Assembly: GCA_037624485.1 (NCBI GenBank)
Contig: JASJJC010000009.1
Location: 178,674-242,673, forward strand
Direction of reading: 5' to 3'
DNA from: Chitinophagales bacterium
Lineage (GTDB): Bacteria > Bacteroidota > Bacteroidia > Chitinophagales > UBA8649
Length of the DNA: 64,000 nucleotides
This document shows, one piece after another, positions 37,088 to 46,971 of this stretch. The notes beneath the pieces are model-generated. The model had not been told where the DNA came from. It searched no databases and saw only the letters and a list, made by a program, of their open reading frames with translations. The stretch's first letter is position 1, and each line of letters begins with the position of its first letter. The position numbers and the translations under genes are program-made.

Positions 37088-37849
37088 ATGAAAAATAAAT
37101 TACCAATTGAAGCAGAACGGTTTAAGGTTTTAAGAAATTATTTAGGCTTTACACAAGCTAAATTTGCTCAAGACTTAGGTATTAAATCTTCTACCGTTGA
37201 TATTGAGAGAGGCAAGATGCGAATACCTGCTCACGCATTGATTTTCTTGATTAAAAAATATAATATTGATCCACTTTGGCTTTATGGTGAAAGCGAGCAG
37301 ATGCATAGTAAGGTGAGAAAACTAGAGGTTCTACCAAAAGTAATTTTAGTAGATAGTGATGAGAATGAGAATGTCTTAATGGTTAACGCTAAAGCTGCGG
37401 CGGGTTACCCGTCAAACCTATCCAATCATCAATGGTATAGTTCTTTACCCGCTTTTCATATTCCATTACCCAGTTTTAAGGGAGTGAGTATTCGAGCTTT
37501 TCAAGTGGAGGGACATAGCATGCTGCCTATCTTAAAGCCTAACGATTGGGTGTTTGGTAAAGCAATCCTTCATTTAGAAAGCATCAAAGAGGGAGATGTT
37601 TATGTCGTGGTCAGCCACGATTCAGTTTTAGTTAAACGGGTTTATCATAAAGATGCTCAAAATATCATACTAATTTCGGAGAATTCCCAATACCCTGATA
37701 TCATAATGAATAAAACCAAAGTGCAGGAAATGTGGAATTTTGCCAGTAAAATGAGTTTTGACCTAGAACAAAAAGAAGGTCGTTTGACTGCGATAAATGA
37801 TAAAATTGATATCCTCTTAAAAGAGATTAAGAGAGACGAACCGAATTAA
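37088..37849 (+). CDS. XRE/CI-type HTH + S24 peptidase self-cleaving repressor (LexA-like)
   Basis: 253 aa. HTH (LGFTQAKFAQDLGIKSSTVDIERGK), Ala-Gly cleavage-site-like AKAAAGYP, catalytic Ser context GHSMLP, catalytic Lys context VLVKRV. Confidence 0.75.
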   Translation: MKNKLPIEAERFKVLRNYLGFTQAKFAQDLGIKSSTVDIERGKMRIPAHALIFLIKKYNIDPLWLYGESEQMHSKVRKLEVLPKVILVDSDENENVLMVNAKAAAGYPSNLSNHQWYSSLPAFHIPLPSFKGVSIRAFQVEGHSMLPILKPNDWVFGKAILHLESIKEGDVYVVVSHDSVLVKRVYHKDAQNIILISENSQYPDIIMNKTKVQEMWNFASKMSFDLEQKEGRLTAINDKIDILLKEIKRDEPN

Positions 37850-37989
37850 TTTTTTGAGAGCTTGCAAGATTTTAGAAAAGTCGGTTCACACAATAAATCC
37901 AACTTCAAATGCCATTTCTATCTAAGTAAGGGGAAATCTTATGTTTTTAAGGCGCATTCGTCTATTTCTATATCAACAGTTTCGGGCAT

Positions 37990-39276
37990 CTACTTCGCCA
38001 TCAATTCCTCTATCTCTTCAACTGTAATTGGAATGTTGGCCATTAAGTCAAAGTTCTTTCCGTCTTTAACGATAATGTCATTTTCAATACGAACTCCTAT
38101 TCCTTCATCCCGTATGTATATTCCAGGCTCAATGGTGAAGCACATGTTTTCCTCAATTTTCTCATAACGAGCACCTACATCATGCACGTCAATACCCATG
38201 AAGTGACTTGTCCCATGCGGGAAATATTTTTGAGTGAGCTGCTTCCTTTCTTCTTCACTTGCTTGCTTGTCAATTAATTTAATATCCACTAAGGCTGAGG
38301 CCATCATTTTTTTGACCGCTGCATTGAAGTCATTCAGCGTCATTCCAGGACTCATAATGTTCTTTGCTTCATCATGAATGCCTAGACAGGCGTTATATAC
38401 TTCTTTTTGACGATCCGTGAACTTTCCATTTACAGGAATAGTCCGGGAAAGGTCAGAGGCATAACAAGCATATTCCGAACCAAAATCCATAAGTAATAAA
38501 TCTCCATCATTACATACCACGTCATTTTCAATGTAATGCAAGACACATGCATTAGCACCTGAAGCAATAATCGGGGTATATGCATGTCCTGTTGCACCAT
38601 GCCTCATAAAGGTGGAAATGATTTCTGCTTCTACTTCATATTCCATCATTCCTGGTTGGGTAGTTGAGAGCACCCTTCTAAATGCTTGCTCAGTTATGTC
38701 ACAAGCTTTTTGCATTGTCGCCACTTCTTCGGCTTGTTTGATGCTTCGTTGGTATGAAACAATCGGTGCACTGCGCTTGAATTGATGAAGAGGGAACTGA
38801 TCTCTCATTGCTTTGGCAAAACGCTTGTCCTTTGTTTCTACCTTTGAATGGGCTCTGTCATTTTCATTTAAATTAAGATAAAAGGTTTTGACCATATTAC
38901 TTAAATGGCTTACCGTGCTATCAAAAGCAGTATTCCATTTGATGGTTTCAATATTGGATATCTGTTTACCTTGCTTTTTATTTACCTTATCACCTTCCCA
39001 TACCGCGATCATTTCATTTGTTTCGCGCAAAAACAAGATTTCACGTTGTTCCTCATTTGATGCATCAGGGTAAAGAATAAGCATGCACTCCTCTTGGTCA
39101 ATTCCAGTTAGGTAGTAAAAGTCAGGGTTTTGTCGAAATGGGTGGTGTCCATCAGCACTTCTCGGCATGACATCATTAGAATGAAAGATAGCCATGGAGT
39201 TTTTCTCCATTTGTTTCATAAAGGTCTTTCGATTACCGCTAAAAAAACTAGCTGGCATGCGTTCATATCTACTCAT
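37990..39276 (-). CDS. pepP: Xaa-Pro aminopeptidase (M24B family)
   Basis: 428 aa. Metal-ligand blocks DFGSEYACYASDLSRT, HGTSHFMGIDVHD, EPGIY, RIENDI. Confidence 0.85.
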   Translation of the reverse strand: MSRYERMPASFFSGNRKTFMKQMEKNSMAIFHSNDVMPRSADGHHPFRQNPDFYYLTGIDQEECMLILYPDASNEEQREILFLRETNEMIAVWEGDKVNKKQGKQISNIETIKWNTAFDSTVSHLSNMVKTFYLNLNENDRAHSKVETKDKRFAKAMRDQFPLHQFKRSAPIVSYQRSIKQAEEVATMQKACDITEQAFRRVLSTTQPGMMEYEVEAEIISTFMRHGATGHAYTPIIASGANACVLHYIENDVVCNDGDLLLMDFGSEYACYASDLSRTIPVNGKFTDRQKEVYNACLGIHDEAKNIMSPGMTLNDFNAAVKKMMASALVDIKLIDKQASEEERKQLTQKYFPHGTSHFMGIDVHDVGARYEKIEENMCFTIEPGIYIRDEGIGVRIENDIIVKDGKNFDLMANIPITVEEIEELMAK

Positions 39277-39302
39277 AATTTCATCTTATTTAATAGGTAA
39301 TA

Positions 39303-39310
39303 CAAATGTA
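39303..39310 (-). promoter_or_regulatory. Candidate -7 promoter box (TACATTTG on minus strand) for pepP
   Basis: Plus-strand CAAATGTA, 27 nt upstream of the pepP start. Confidence 0.35.
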
Positions 39311-39568
39311 TCCATTTTTTTGCCTCAAAACAAAGTTGAAATTGTAAATTCCTGCATCCTAGACTTGTTGCTTGGCTAGTGACATTATTCCCCTCGAACC
39401 CAATAAAACTCTTGATATTTTCGCATACTTTTGCTGATGGAAGAATTAATAGTCAAATTACACAGCTTGAAGTCAACAGCTGTGGGGCTTTAATCGTCTT
39501 ATACCCAAAAAAAAATAGGAATGACCTAAAAAAATTAAAAATCCGTTTTTTAATTAAAAATCTTTCCA

Positions 39569-39576
39569 TACCTTTG
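39569..39576 (+). promoter_or_regulatory. Candidate -7 promoter box (TACCTTTG) for the str/S10 ribosomal operon
   Basis: Exact TAnnTTTG, 25 nt upstream of the rpsL ATG. Confidence 0.5.
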
Positions 39577-39600
39577 CAGTCCTAAAATTTTAAGCAATTT

Positions 39601-39975
39601 ATGCCTACAATTCAACAATTAGTAAGAAAAGGAAGGAAAGCGATTATAAGCAAAAGTAAATCTAGAGCTTTAGACGCCTGCCCTCAGAAGAGAGGAGTAT
39701 GTACAAGAGTATATACCACTACACCTAAAAAACCTAACTCTGCTTTGAGAAAAGTGGCGAAGGTGAGATTGACCAACGGAATAGAGGTTATTGCCTATAT
39801 ACCGGGTGAAGGTCACAACTTACAAGAGCACTCTATCGTATTGATTAGAGGAGGAAGGGTAAAGGATTTACCAGGGGTGCGTTACCACATCGTTAGAGGT
39901 GCTTTAGATACATCTGGTGTTGAAGGTAGACTGCAGTCAAGATCTAAATACGGAGCTAAGCGCCCGAAAAAATAA
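39601..39975 (+). CDS. rpsL: 30S ribosomal protein uS12
   Basis: 124 aa. [12 protein letters not shown]...[10 protein letters not shown]. Confidence 0.97.
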   Translation: MPTIQQLVRKGRKAIISKSKSRALDACPQKRGVCTRVYTTTPKKPNSALRKVAKVRLTNGIEVIAYIPGEGHNLQEHSIVLIRGGRVKDLPGVRYHIVRGALDTSGVEGRLQSRSKYGAKRPKK

Positions 39976-39981
39976 GATAGT

Positions 39982-40449
39982 ATGAGAAAAAGAAAACCGC
40001 AGAAAAGGTATTATCAACCAGATCCAAGATTTGGTGATGAGAATGTAACTTTCTTTGTTAACAATTTAATGTTAGACGGAAAGAAAACGATTGCGTACAA
40101 AATATTTTATGATGCAATGGACTATGCTACGGAAAAAGCTGGGGAAGATGGTTATGAGCTATGGAAAAAAGCTTTAGTAGCAATATCTCCTGGAGTTGAA
40201 GTAAAAAGTAGAAGAATCGGTGGTGCCACTTTTCAAATCCCTTCAGAGGTTCGTCCAGCAAGAAAGCGTTCCGTAGGAATGAAGTGGCTAATAAAATACT
40301 CTCGTGCTCGTAACGGGAAGTCAATGGCTGAAAAGCTGGGTAGTGAAATTATGGCAGCAGCCAAAGGTGAAGGAGCTGCAGTCAAAAAAAGAGAAGATAC
40401 GCAAAGAATGGCGGAAGCAAATAAAGCGTTCTCTCACTTTAAATTTTAA
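39982..40449 (+). CDS. rpsG: 30S ribosomal protein uS7
   Basis: 155 aa. DPRFGD...NNLMLDGKK. Follows rpsL. Confidence 0.95.
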   Translation: MRKRKPQKRYYQPDPRFGDENVTFFVNNLMLDGKKTIAYKIFYDAMDYATEKAGEDGYELWKKALVAISPGVEVKSRRIGGATFQIPSEVRPARKRSVGMKWLIKYSRARNGKSMAEKLGSEIMAAAKGEGAAVKKREDTQRMAEANKAFSHFKF

Positions 40450-40458
40450 TAAACAGTC

Positions 40459-42564
40459 ATGGCTAGAGATTTAAACTACACAAGAAATATCGGAATCGCA
40501 GCGCATATTGATGCAGGTAAAACTACAACAACAGAGCGTATTTTGTACTACACTGGTGTGACTCACAAGATAGGTGAGGTGCATGATGGTGCTGCTACAA
40601 TGGATCACATGGCACAAGAGCAAGAAAGAGGTATTACAATTACTTCTGCTGCCACTACGGTTCACTGGGATTACAGAGGTAAAGAATATCACGTTAATAT
40701 TATTGATACTCCAGGTCACGTGGATTTCACTGTTGAAGTGAATCGGTCATTAAGAGTATTAGATGGTTTAGTGTTTTTGTTTTCAGCGGTTGATGGTGTT
40801 GAGCCACAGTCTGAAACAAATTGGCGTTTAGCTGACAACTATAATGTGCCAAGAATTGGATTCGTTAATAAAATGGATCGTCAAGGTGCTGATTTCTTAA
40901 ACGTGTGCGCTCAGGTTAAGAAAATGTTAGGTAGCCACGCTTTACCACTACAAATTCCTATCGGTGCTGAAGATGATTTCAAAGGTGCTGTTGATCTAAT
41001 CAACTTTAAAGGAGTCGTATGGAATGAAGATGATATGGGTATGACCTTTAATGAAGTGCCTATACCAGATGACATCTTAGAAGAAGCTACCATGTACAGA
41101 GAGCAATTGCTTGAAGCTGTAGCTGAATTCAACGATACCTTAATGGAGAAATACTTCGAAGATCCTGATTCATTAACTGAAAGAGAAATTTTAGATGCTC
41201 TAAGAGAAGCTACTATTGCTGGAAAAGTTATTCCAATGATGTGTGGCTCTGCATTTAAAAATAAAGGTGTTCAGGCTATGTTGGATATGGTCATGGAAAT
41301 TTTACCGTCACCTTTAGATGTAGAAGGAATCATAGGAACAAATCCTGATACGGATGAGCAAGAGGTTAGAAAGCCAAATGTTGACGAGCCCTTTGCTGCC
41401 TTAGCATTTAAAATAGCTACGGATCCTTTTGTAGGTCGTTTGTGTTTCACAAGAGCTTATTCAGGAAAGTTAGATTCTGGCTCTTATGTTTTAAACACAA
41501 GAACGGGAAAGAAAGAGCGTATTTCACGTGTATTTGAAATGCATGCGAACACTCAGAAACAAGTTCCTTTTTTACAAGCAGGAGATATCGCAGCCTTAGT
41601 TGGTTTTAAAGATATTAGAACTGGAGATACATTATGCGCAGAGAAGCATCCTATTGTCTTGGAGTCTATGGACTTTCCAGATCCAGTTATTGGACTAGCA
41701 ATTGAGCCAAAAACTCAAAGTGATGTAGATAAGTTAGGTATGGCTTTAGCAAAATTGTCTGAAGAGGATCCAACTTTTAAAGTTGCATTTGATGAGAATA
41801 CAAGTCAAACTGTCATTAGTGGAATGGGTGAGTTACACCTTGACATTATCTTGGATCGTTTGAGAAGAGAATTTAAAGTAGAGTGTAATCAGGGAGCTCC
41901 ACAAGTAAACTATAAAGAGCAAATATCTCAAACAGTTGAGCATAGAGAGACCTTCAAGAAACAATCGGGTGGTAGAGGTAAATTTGCTGATATCAAGTTC
42001 GAAATGGGACCTGTCGAAGACCCTACCAAACAAGGATTAGAATTTGTAAATGATATTTTTGGTGGATCTATTCCAAGAGAATTTATTCCTGCAATCGAGA
42101 AAGGTTTTAAAGAAGCTATGAAGAATGGTGTTCTTGCTGGTTACGAAGTTGATAGCTTAAAAGTAAGAATTTATGATGGTTCATTTCACCAAGTGGATTC
42201 TGATGCTTTATCTTTTGAATTGTGTGCAAAAATTGGATTTAAAGAAGCTTCGAAAAAAGCGAAGCCTATTATTCTTGAACCAATCATGAAACTAGAAGTT
42301 ATTACTCCAGAAGAAAATACAGGGGATGTAGTTGGTGATTTGAATAGAAGACGAGGTATCATGGAAGGTATGGCTATGAAAGGAACTGGTCAAGTAATTA
42401 AAGCAAAAGTTCCATTATCTGAAATGTTTGGATATGTCACACAGCTAAGAACGATTACTTCAGGTAGAGCAACGTCATCTATGGAATTCCATAGTTACCA
42501 ACCTGCTCCAGATGGTATAGCAAAAACTGTAATTGAAAAAGCAACGGGTAAAGTAACCGCTTAA
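40459..42564 (+). CDS. fusA: Elongation factor G
   Basis: 701 aa. G1 [10 protein letters not shown]3 [12 protein letters not shown]. Confidence 0.97.
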   Translation: MARDLNYTRNIGIAAHIDAGKTTTTERILYYTGVTHKIGEVHDGAATMDHMAQEQERGITITSAATTVHWDYRGKEYHVNIIDTPGHVDFTVEVNRSLRVLDGLVFLFSAVDGVEPQSETNWRLADNYNVPRIGFVNKMDRQGADFLNVCAQVKKMLGSHALPLQIPIGAEDDFKGAVDLINFKGVVWNEDDMGMTFNEVPIPDDILEEATMYREQLLEAVAEFNDTLMEKYFEDPDSLTEREILDALREATIAGKVIPMMCGSAFKNKGVQAMLDMVMEILPSPLDVEGIIGTNPDTDEQEVRKPNVDEPFAALAFKIATDPFVGRLCFTRAYSGKLDSGSYVLNTRTGKKERISRVFEMHANTQKQVPFLQAGDIAALVGFKDIRTGDTLCAEKHPIVLESMDFPDPVIGLAIEPKTQSDVDKLGMALAKLSEEDPTFKVAFDENTSQTVISGMGELHLDIILDRLRREFKVECNQGAPQVNYKEQISQTVEHRETFKKQSGGRGKFADIKFEMGPVEDPTKQGLEFVNDIFGGSIPREFIPAIEKGFKEAMKNGVLAGYEVDSLKVRIYDGSFHQVDSDALSFELCAKIGFKEASKKAKPIILEPIMKLEVITPEENTGDVVGDLNRRRGIMEGMAMKGTGQVIKAKVPLSEMFGYVTQLRTITSGRATSSMEFHSYQPAPDGIAKTVIEKATGKVTA

Positions 42565-42575
42565 TATTAAAGAAA

Positions 42576-42881
42576 ATGACACAGAGAATTAGAATTAAGT
42601 TGAAATCATACGATTATAATTTAGTTGACAAGTCAGCTGAAAAAATCTATAAAACAGTAAAGAATACAGGAGCTATTATTAGTGGACCAATTCCTTTACC
42701 AACGAAAAGAAAAGTCTTTAATATCTTGCGTTCACCTCACGTGAACTCAGATTCAAAGGAACAGTTTCAATTAATGACGTATAAAAGATTATTAGACATC
42801 TACAGCTCTAACTCAAAAACAATTGATGCTTTAATGAAGCTTGAATTGCCGAGTGGAGTCGATGTAGAAATTAAAGTTTAA
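42576..42881 (+). CDS. rpsJ: 30S ribosomal protein uS10
   Basis: 101 aa. IRIKLKSYD...GPIPLPTK. Confidence 0.95.
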   Translation: MTQRIRIKLKSYDYNLVDKSAEKIYKTVKNTGAIISGPIPLPTKRKVFNILRSPHVNSDSKEQFQLMTYKRLLDIYSSNSKTIDALMKLELPSGVDVEIKV

Positions 42882-42959
42882 GCGGGAAACCAATGTCCTT
42901 TCCCTAATTAGGGAAAGAATAAGTTCCATCTGAAACAAATTTTTAAAACAAAAAGACAG

Positions 42960-43580
42960 ATGAAAGCAATTTTAGGAAAAAAGATTGGAATGACTAGCGT
43001 CTTCACTGAAGAGGGATCCAAAATGCCGTGTACGGTATTAAGTATCGGACCTTGCTACGTTACTCAAATCAAAACGGAAGAAACTGACGGATACAATGCC
43101 GTGCAGTTAGCTTACGGAGAAAAGAAAGATAAGAACACGCCAAACCCTATGAAGGGTCACTTCAAAAAAGCAGGAGTGGATTCCAAACACAAGTTATTTG
43201 AAGTTAGAGATTTTGACTTTGAAAAAAATCTTGGGGATGAAATCACTATCGACATCTTTGAAGAAGGTGAAGAAATTGCTGTGGTTGGTACTTCAAAAGG
43301 TAAAGGTTTCCAAGGTGTTGTAAAACGTCACGGATTTAGGGGTGTTGGAATGCAAACCCACGGTCAGCACAATAGAGGTAGAGCGCCAGGATCAATTGGT
43401 ATGGCATCTACGCCTTCAAGAGTACTGAAAGGTCAGCGTATGGCCGGAAGAATGGGTACTGATAGAGTCAAAGTTAAAGGCCTGAAAATTATTAAATTAA
43501 TAGCAGAAGAAAACTTAATGGTTGTAAAAGGAAGTGTTCCTGGCCATAAGGGATCTTACATAATTGTGGAGGGTAAATAA
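42960..43580 (+). CDS. rplC: 50S ribosomal protein uL3
   Basis: 206 aa. ILGKKIGMT...[13 protein letters not shown]. Confidence 0.95.
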   Translation: MKAILGKKIGMTSVFTEEGSKMPCTVLSIGPCYVTQIKTEETDGYNAVQLAYGEKKDKNTPNPMKGHFKKAGVDSKHKLFEVRDFDFEKNLGDEITIDIFEEGEEIAVVGTSKGKGFQGVVKRHGFRGVGMQTHGQHNRGRAPGSIGMASTPSRVLKGQRMAGRMGTDRVKVKGLKIIKLIAEENLMVVKGSVPGHKGSYIIVEGK

Positions 43581-43581
43581 A

Positions 43582-44196
43582 ATGAAAGTGAAAGTTTTAA
43601 ATACAGCCGGTAAGGAAACTGGAAGAGAGGTAACATTACCAAAAGAAGTTTTCGGTATTGAACCAAATGATCATGCTATTTACTTAGACGTTAAGCAATA
43701 TTTAGCTAACCAACGTCAAGGTACACACAAAGCAAAGGAAAGATCAGAAGTTAAAGGATCTACAAAAAAGATTAGAAAACAAAAAGGTTCAGGTGGAGCG
43801 CGTTTTGGCGATATCAAGAATCCGCTTTTTAGAGGTGGTGGTCGTGTATTCGGTCCTCGTCCTAGAAATTATTCGTTCAAATTGAATAAAAAAGTGAAAG
43901 TATTAGCAAGGCTTTCAGCACTTACATACAGAGCAAAAGAAAATGCTATTGTTGTTGTGGAAGACTTCAAAATGGATGCACCTAAAACCAGTGTCTTCAT
44001 TTCTTTTTTAGGGAATATTGGAGCAGATAAGAAGGGATTATACGTTAACCAAGATGCAGATAGTAATGTCTTGCTTTCTTCTAGAAACTTTCAAGGAGCT
44101 AGAATCACTGAGGTTAACAATTTAAACACTTATGATATTTTAAATTGCCAGAAACTAGTTATCAGTGAAAGCAGCCTAGAATATTTTAATAAATAA
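43582..44196 (+). CDS. rplD: 50S ribosomal protein uL4
   Basis: The ATG at 43582 (MKVKVLN) lies just after the rplC stop. The ORF-track start at 43564 is a TTG inside rpl[10 protein letters not shown] motif. Confidence 0.93.
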   Translation: MKVKVLNTAGKETGREVTLPKEVFGIEPNDHAIYLDVKQYLANQRQGTHKAKERSEVKGSTKKIRKQKGSGGARFGDIKNPLFRGGGRVFGPRPRNYSFKLNKKVKVLARLSALTYRAKENAIVVVEDFKMDAPKTSVFISFLGNIGADKKGLYVNQDADSNVLLSSRNFQGARITEVNNLNTYDILNCQKLVISESSLEYFNK

Positions 44197-44204
44197 TTGA
44201 AGCC

Positions 44205-44507
44205 ATGAGAGTAATAGAAGACGTATTAAAAAAGCCTGTTGTGACTGAAAAGTCTAACGAAATGCAAGAAAAGAGTAATCGATTTACTTTTATTGTAGAT
44301 AGAGACGCAAACAAATTAGTCATCAAGAAGGCTATTGAAACGATGTACGGAGTAAGTGTAGATAAAGTATGGACACACGTTATCCCAGCGAAAGCAAAAA
44401 CTCGTTTTACAAAGTCAGGCGTGGCATCAGGAAGAAAACCAGCTTATAAAAAAGCAATTGTGAGTCTTGTGGAAGGCGATACAATTGATTTCTATAGTAA
44501 TATCTAA
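44205..44507 (+). CDS. rplW: 50S ribosomal protein uL23
   Basis: 100 aa, conserved S10-operon position. KPVVTEKS. Confidence 0.92.
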   Translation: MRVIEDVLKKPVVTEKSNEMQEKSNRFTFIVDRDANKLVIKKAIETMYGVSVDKVWTHVIPAKAKTRFTKSGVASGRKPAYKKAIVSLVEGDTIDFYSNI

Positions 44508-44537
44508 TAGGAATAAGAATCCACAAATTAAGAAAAG

Positions 44538-45362
44538 ATGGGAATTAGAAAATTTAAGCCAGTAACACCTGGCACACGTTTTAGAATCGGAAGTGACTTC
44601 GCAGAGGTGACAACTGATAAGCCAGAGAAGTCTCTACTTTTACCTTTAAGTAAAAAAGGTGGTAGAAACTCGAATGGTAGAATCACCACTCGTTATAGAG
44701 GTGGTGGATCAAAAAGAAAATATCGTATTATCGACTTTAAAAGAGATAAGCAAGATATGCCAGCAGAAGTGTTGTCTATTCAGTACGATCCAAACAGAAC
44801 AGCTCGTATTGCATTATTGCAATATGAAGATGGAGTTAAAAGCTACATAATTGCCCCAAACGGTTTAAGTGTTGGTGCAAAGTTAATGTCTGGATCCAAA
44901 GCAGATCCTGAAGTAGGAAATGCATTGTACTTAGCAGATATTCCCTTAGGTTCTGTGGTACACAACATTGAAATGCAGCCAGGTAGAGGTGCTCAAATTG
45001 CTAGAAGTGCTGGTGCCTATGCGCAACTAACAGCACGTGAAGGAAAATATGCAATTTTAAAAATGCCTTCAGGTGAAACAAGAATGATACTTAAAACTTG
45101 TTTAGCGGTTATTGGTTCTGTTTCAAACGGAGACCATAACTTAACTAGGTTAGGTAAAGCAGGAAGAAAAAGATGGTTAGGTATTAGACCACGTACTAGA
45201 GGAGTAGTAATGAATCCGGTAGATCACCCAATGGGTGGTGGTGAAGGCCGTAACTCAGGAGGTCACCCTCGATCTAGAACAGGCGTTTACGCTAAAGGGT
45301 TTAAAACTAGAGACAAAAAGAAATCATCTAATCGTTTAATCATAAGCAAACGTAAAAAATAA
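44538..45362 (+). CDS. rplB: 50S ribosomal protein uL2
   Basis: 274 aa. [14 protein letters not shown]...HPMGGGEGR. Confidence 0.97.
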   Translation: MGIRKFKPVTPGTRFRIGSDFAEVTTDKPEKSLLLPLSKKGGRNSNGRITTRYRGGGSKRKYRIIDFKRDKQDMPAEVLSIQYDPNRTARIALLQYEDGVKSYIIAPNGLSVGAKLMSGSKADPEVGNALYLADIPLGSVVHNIEMQPGRGAQIARSAGAYAQLTAREGKYAILKMPSGETRMILKTCLAVIGSVSNGDHNLTRLGKAGRKRWLGIRPRTRGVVMNPVDHPMGGGEGRNSGGHPRSRTGVYAKGFKTRDKKKSSNRLIISKRKK

Positions 45363-45365
45363 GAT

Positions 45366-45635
45366 ATGGCACGTTCAATAAAAAAAGGCCCTTATATCGC
45401 ACATCACTTACTTAAAAAAGTAGATGTCATGAATGAGGCTGATAGAAAAGCAGTAATTAAAACTTGGTCAAGAGCAAGTATGATTATTCCAGATATGGTA
45501 GGCCATACGATTGCAGTTCATAACGGAAACAAATTTATTCCTGTTTATGTTACGGAAAATATGGTAGGACACAAGTTAGGTGAATTCTCTCCAACTCGTT
45601 CATTTAGAGGACATTCATCGAAGAAAATTAAATAA
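45366..45635 (+). CDS. rpsS: 30S ribosomal protein uS19
   Basis: 89 aa. [10 protein letters not shown]...[23 protein letters not shown]. Confidence 0.97.
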   Translation: MARSIKKGPYIAHHLLKKVDVMNEADRKAVIKTWSRASMIIPDMVGHTIAVHNGNKFIPVYVTENMVGHKLGEFSPTRSFRGHSSKKIK

Positions 45636-45690
45636 GATATAGTTTATCCGATTGAAAAATCGCTTAACTAAAAATCTAAATATTAAAAAA

Positions 45691-46068
45691 ATGGAAGCAG
45701 TAGCAAAATTGAAAAATAATCCTACATCAACGAGAAAAACTCGATTGGTAGCGGATTTGATTAGAGGAATGGAAGTAAATCAAGCACTAAACGTACTGAA
45801 GTTTACAAGCAAGGAATCAGCTCCGAAAATTGAAAAACTGTTATTATCTGCTGTTAATAACTGGGGTCAAAAAAATGAGGCTCAACCGGAGGATCACGAT
45901 TTAATCGTTAAGTCTATTTGGGTTGATGGTGGAAAAATGCTCAAGCGTTTTAGACCAGCGCCTCAAGGTAGAGCGCACAGAATTCGTAAGCGTTCCAACC
46001 ATATAACCTTAGTGGTTGATTCAAAAGTGGCAACCCCTGTTAAAGAGGAAGCGCCAGCAGCCGAATAA
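45691..46068 (+). CDS. rplV: 50S ribosomal protein uL22
   Basis: The ATG at 45691 (MEAVAKLKN) is preferred over the TTG at 45652. Conserved position after rpsS. Confidence 0.92.
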   Translation: MEAVAKLKNNPTSTRKTRLVADLIRGMEVNQALNVLKFTSKESAPKIEKLLLSAVNNWGQKNEAQPEDHDLIVKSIWVDGGKMLKRFRPAPQGRAHRIRKRSNHITLVVDSKVATPVKEEAPAAE

Positions 46069-46087
46069 AGTATGATTTAAGATAAAA

Positions 46088-46120
46088 GGGATGCCTCCTG
46101 TTGACGGAGGCATTTTTTTT
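46088..46120 (+). terminator. Rho-independent terminator inside the S10 operon (after rplV)
   Basis: Stem ATGCCTCC(46091-98)/GGAGGCAT(46106-13), 7-nt loop, followed by a T7-8 run. An A-run upstream could allow bidirectional function. Confidence 0.75.
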
Positions 46121-46212
46121 GAATGAAAATAAGTATCCACAACAATTGAAAAAGTGTATAAAAAAAATACAAAAAAAATGAATCAAGGGTTTAAATAACC
46201 AATTTTAATCCT

Positions 46213-46220
46213 TACATTTG
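46213..46220 (+). promoter_or_regulatory. Candidate internal -7 promoter box (TACATTTG) upstream of rpsC
   Basis: Exact TAnnTTTG, 43 nt upstream of the rpsC ATG (46263), downstream of the intra-operon terminator. Confidence 0.45.
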
Positions 46221-46262
46221 CACTCCAATTTTATAGAAGCGTTTCAAAATAGAACGAAATTA

Positions 46263-46961
46263 ATGGGACAAAAAATTAATCCAATATCGAATAGGCTAGG
46301 AATCATCAGAGGATGGGATTCAAACTGGTTTGCAGACAAAGACGCTGGTAAAAAGCTAGTGGAAGATGAGAAAATCCGGGAGTACTTACATGCTCGTATT
46401 AATAAAGGGGGTCTTTCAAAAATTATCATTGAGAGAACTTTAAAGAGGGTTACTGTAACGGTTCACACATCGCGTCCAGGTATTATTATCGGAAGGGGTG
46501 GTTCAGAGGTTGATCGTATTAAAGAAGAGTTAAAGAAATTAACTGGTAAGGATGTTCAAATCAACATCGTAGAAATCAGAAGACCTGAGTTAGATGCAGC
46601 AATCGTTGGAGAAAGCGTTGCAAAGCAATTAGAAGGTCGTGTTAATTTTAGAAGAGCTGTGAAAATGGCTATTGCTTCTACAATGAGAATGGGTGCTCAA
46701 GGTATCAAAATTCGTTGCTCCGGTAGATTGGGTGGCGCTGAGATGGCAAGAGCTGAAGAATATAAGCAAGGAAGAACACCGCTTCAAACACTTAGAGCTG
46801 ATATTGACTATGCTTTGGTTGAAGCGAATACCATTTATGGTAAAATTGGTGTTAAAGTCTGGATTTGTAAAGGTGAGGTTCTAGGGAAAAGAGATTTATC
46901 TCCAAACGTGGGCGATCCGAATGCGAAGAAAGGGAAGAAGAAATTTGCTAAGCGTAAATAA
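46263..46961 (+). CDS. rpsC: 30S ribosomal protein uS3
   Basis: True start is the ATG at 46263 ([13 protein letters not shown]). The ORF-track start at 46218 adds 15 non-homologous residues. KH domain GRGGSEVD. Confidence 0.95.
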   Translation: MGQKINPISNRLGIIRGWDSNWFADKDAGKKLVEDEKIREYLHARINKGGLSKIIIERTLKRVTVTVHTSRPGIIIGRGGSEVDRIKEELKKLTGKDVQINIVEIRRPELDAAIVGESVAKQLEGRVNFRRAVKMAIASTMRMGAQGIKIRCSGRLGGAEMARAEEYKQGRTPLQTLRADIDYALVEANTIYGKIGVKVWICKGEVLGKRDLSPNVGDPNAKKGKKKFAKRK

Positions 46962-46971
46962 TTAGAGAAAG

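Noticed and set aside
39379-39585. A 68-aa ORF, plus the 61-aa ORF at 39194-39379, in the pepP-rpsL spacer.
   Set aside because: There is no recognisable motif and the composition is biased. The ORF spans promoter boxes and A/T runs. It is treated as non-coding.
43564-46262. N-terminal extensions in the ORF track for rplD (43564), rplV (45652), rpsC (46218), map (53285), the TlpA-like gene (62383) and the Trx-like gene (63330).
   Set aside because: The extensions use TTG or GTG codons inside the upstream gene or spacer and add residues absent from the conserved N-termini. Downstream ATG starts fit better. These are annotation artefacts rather than biology.
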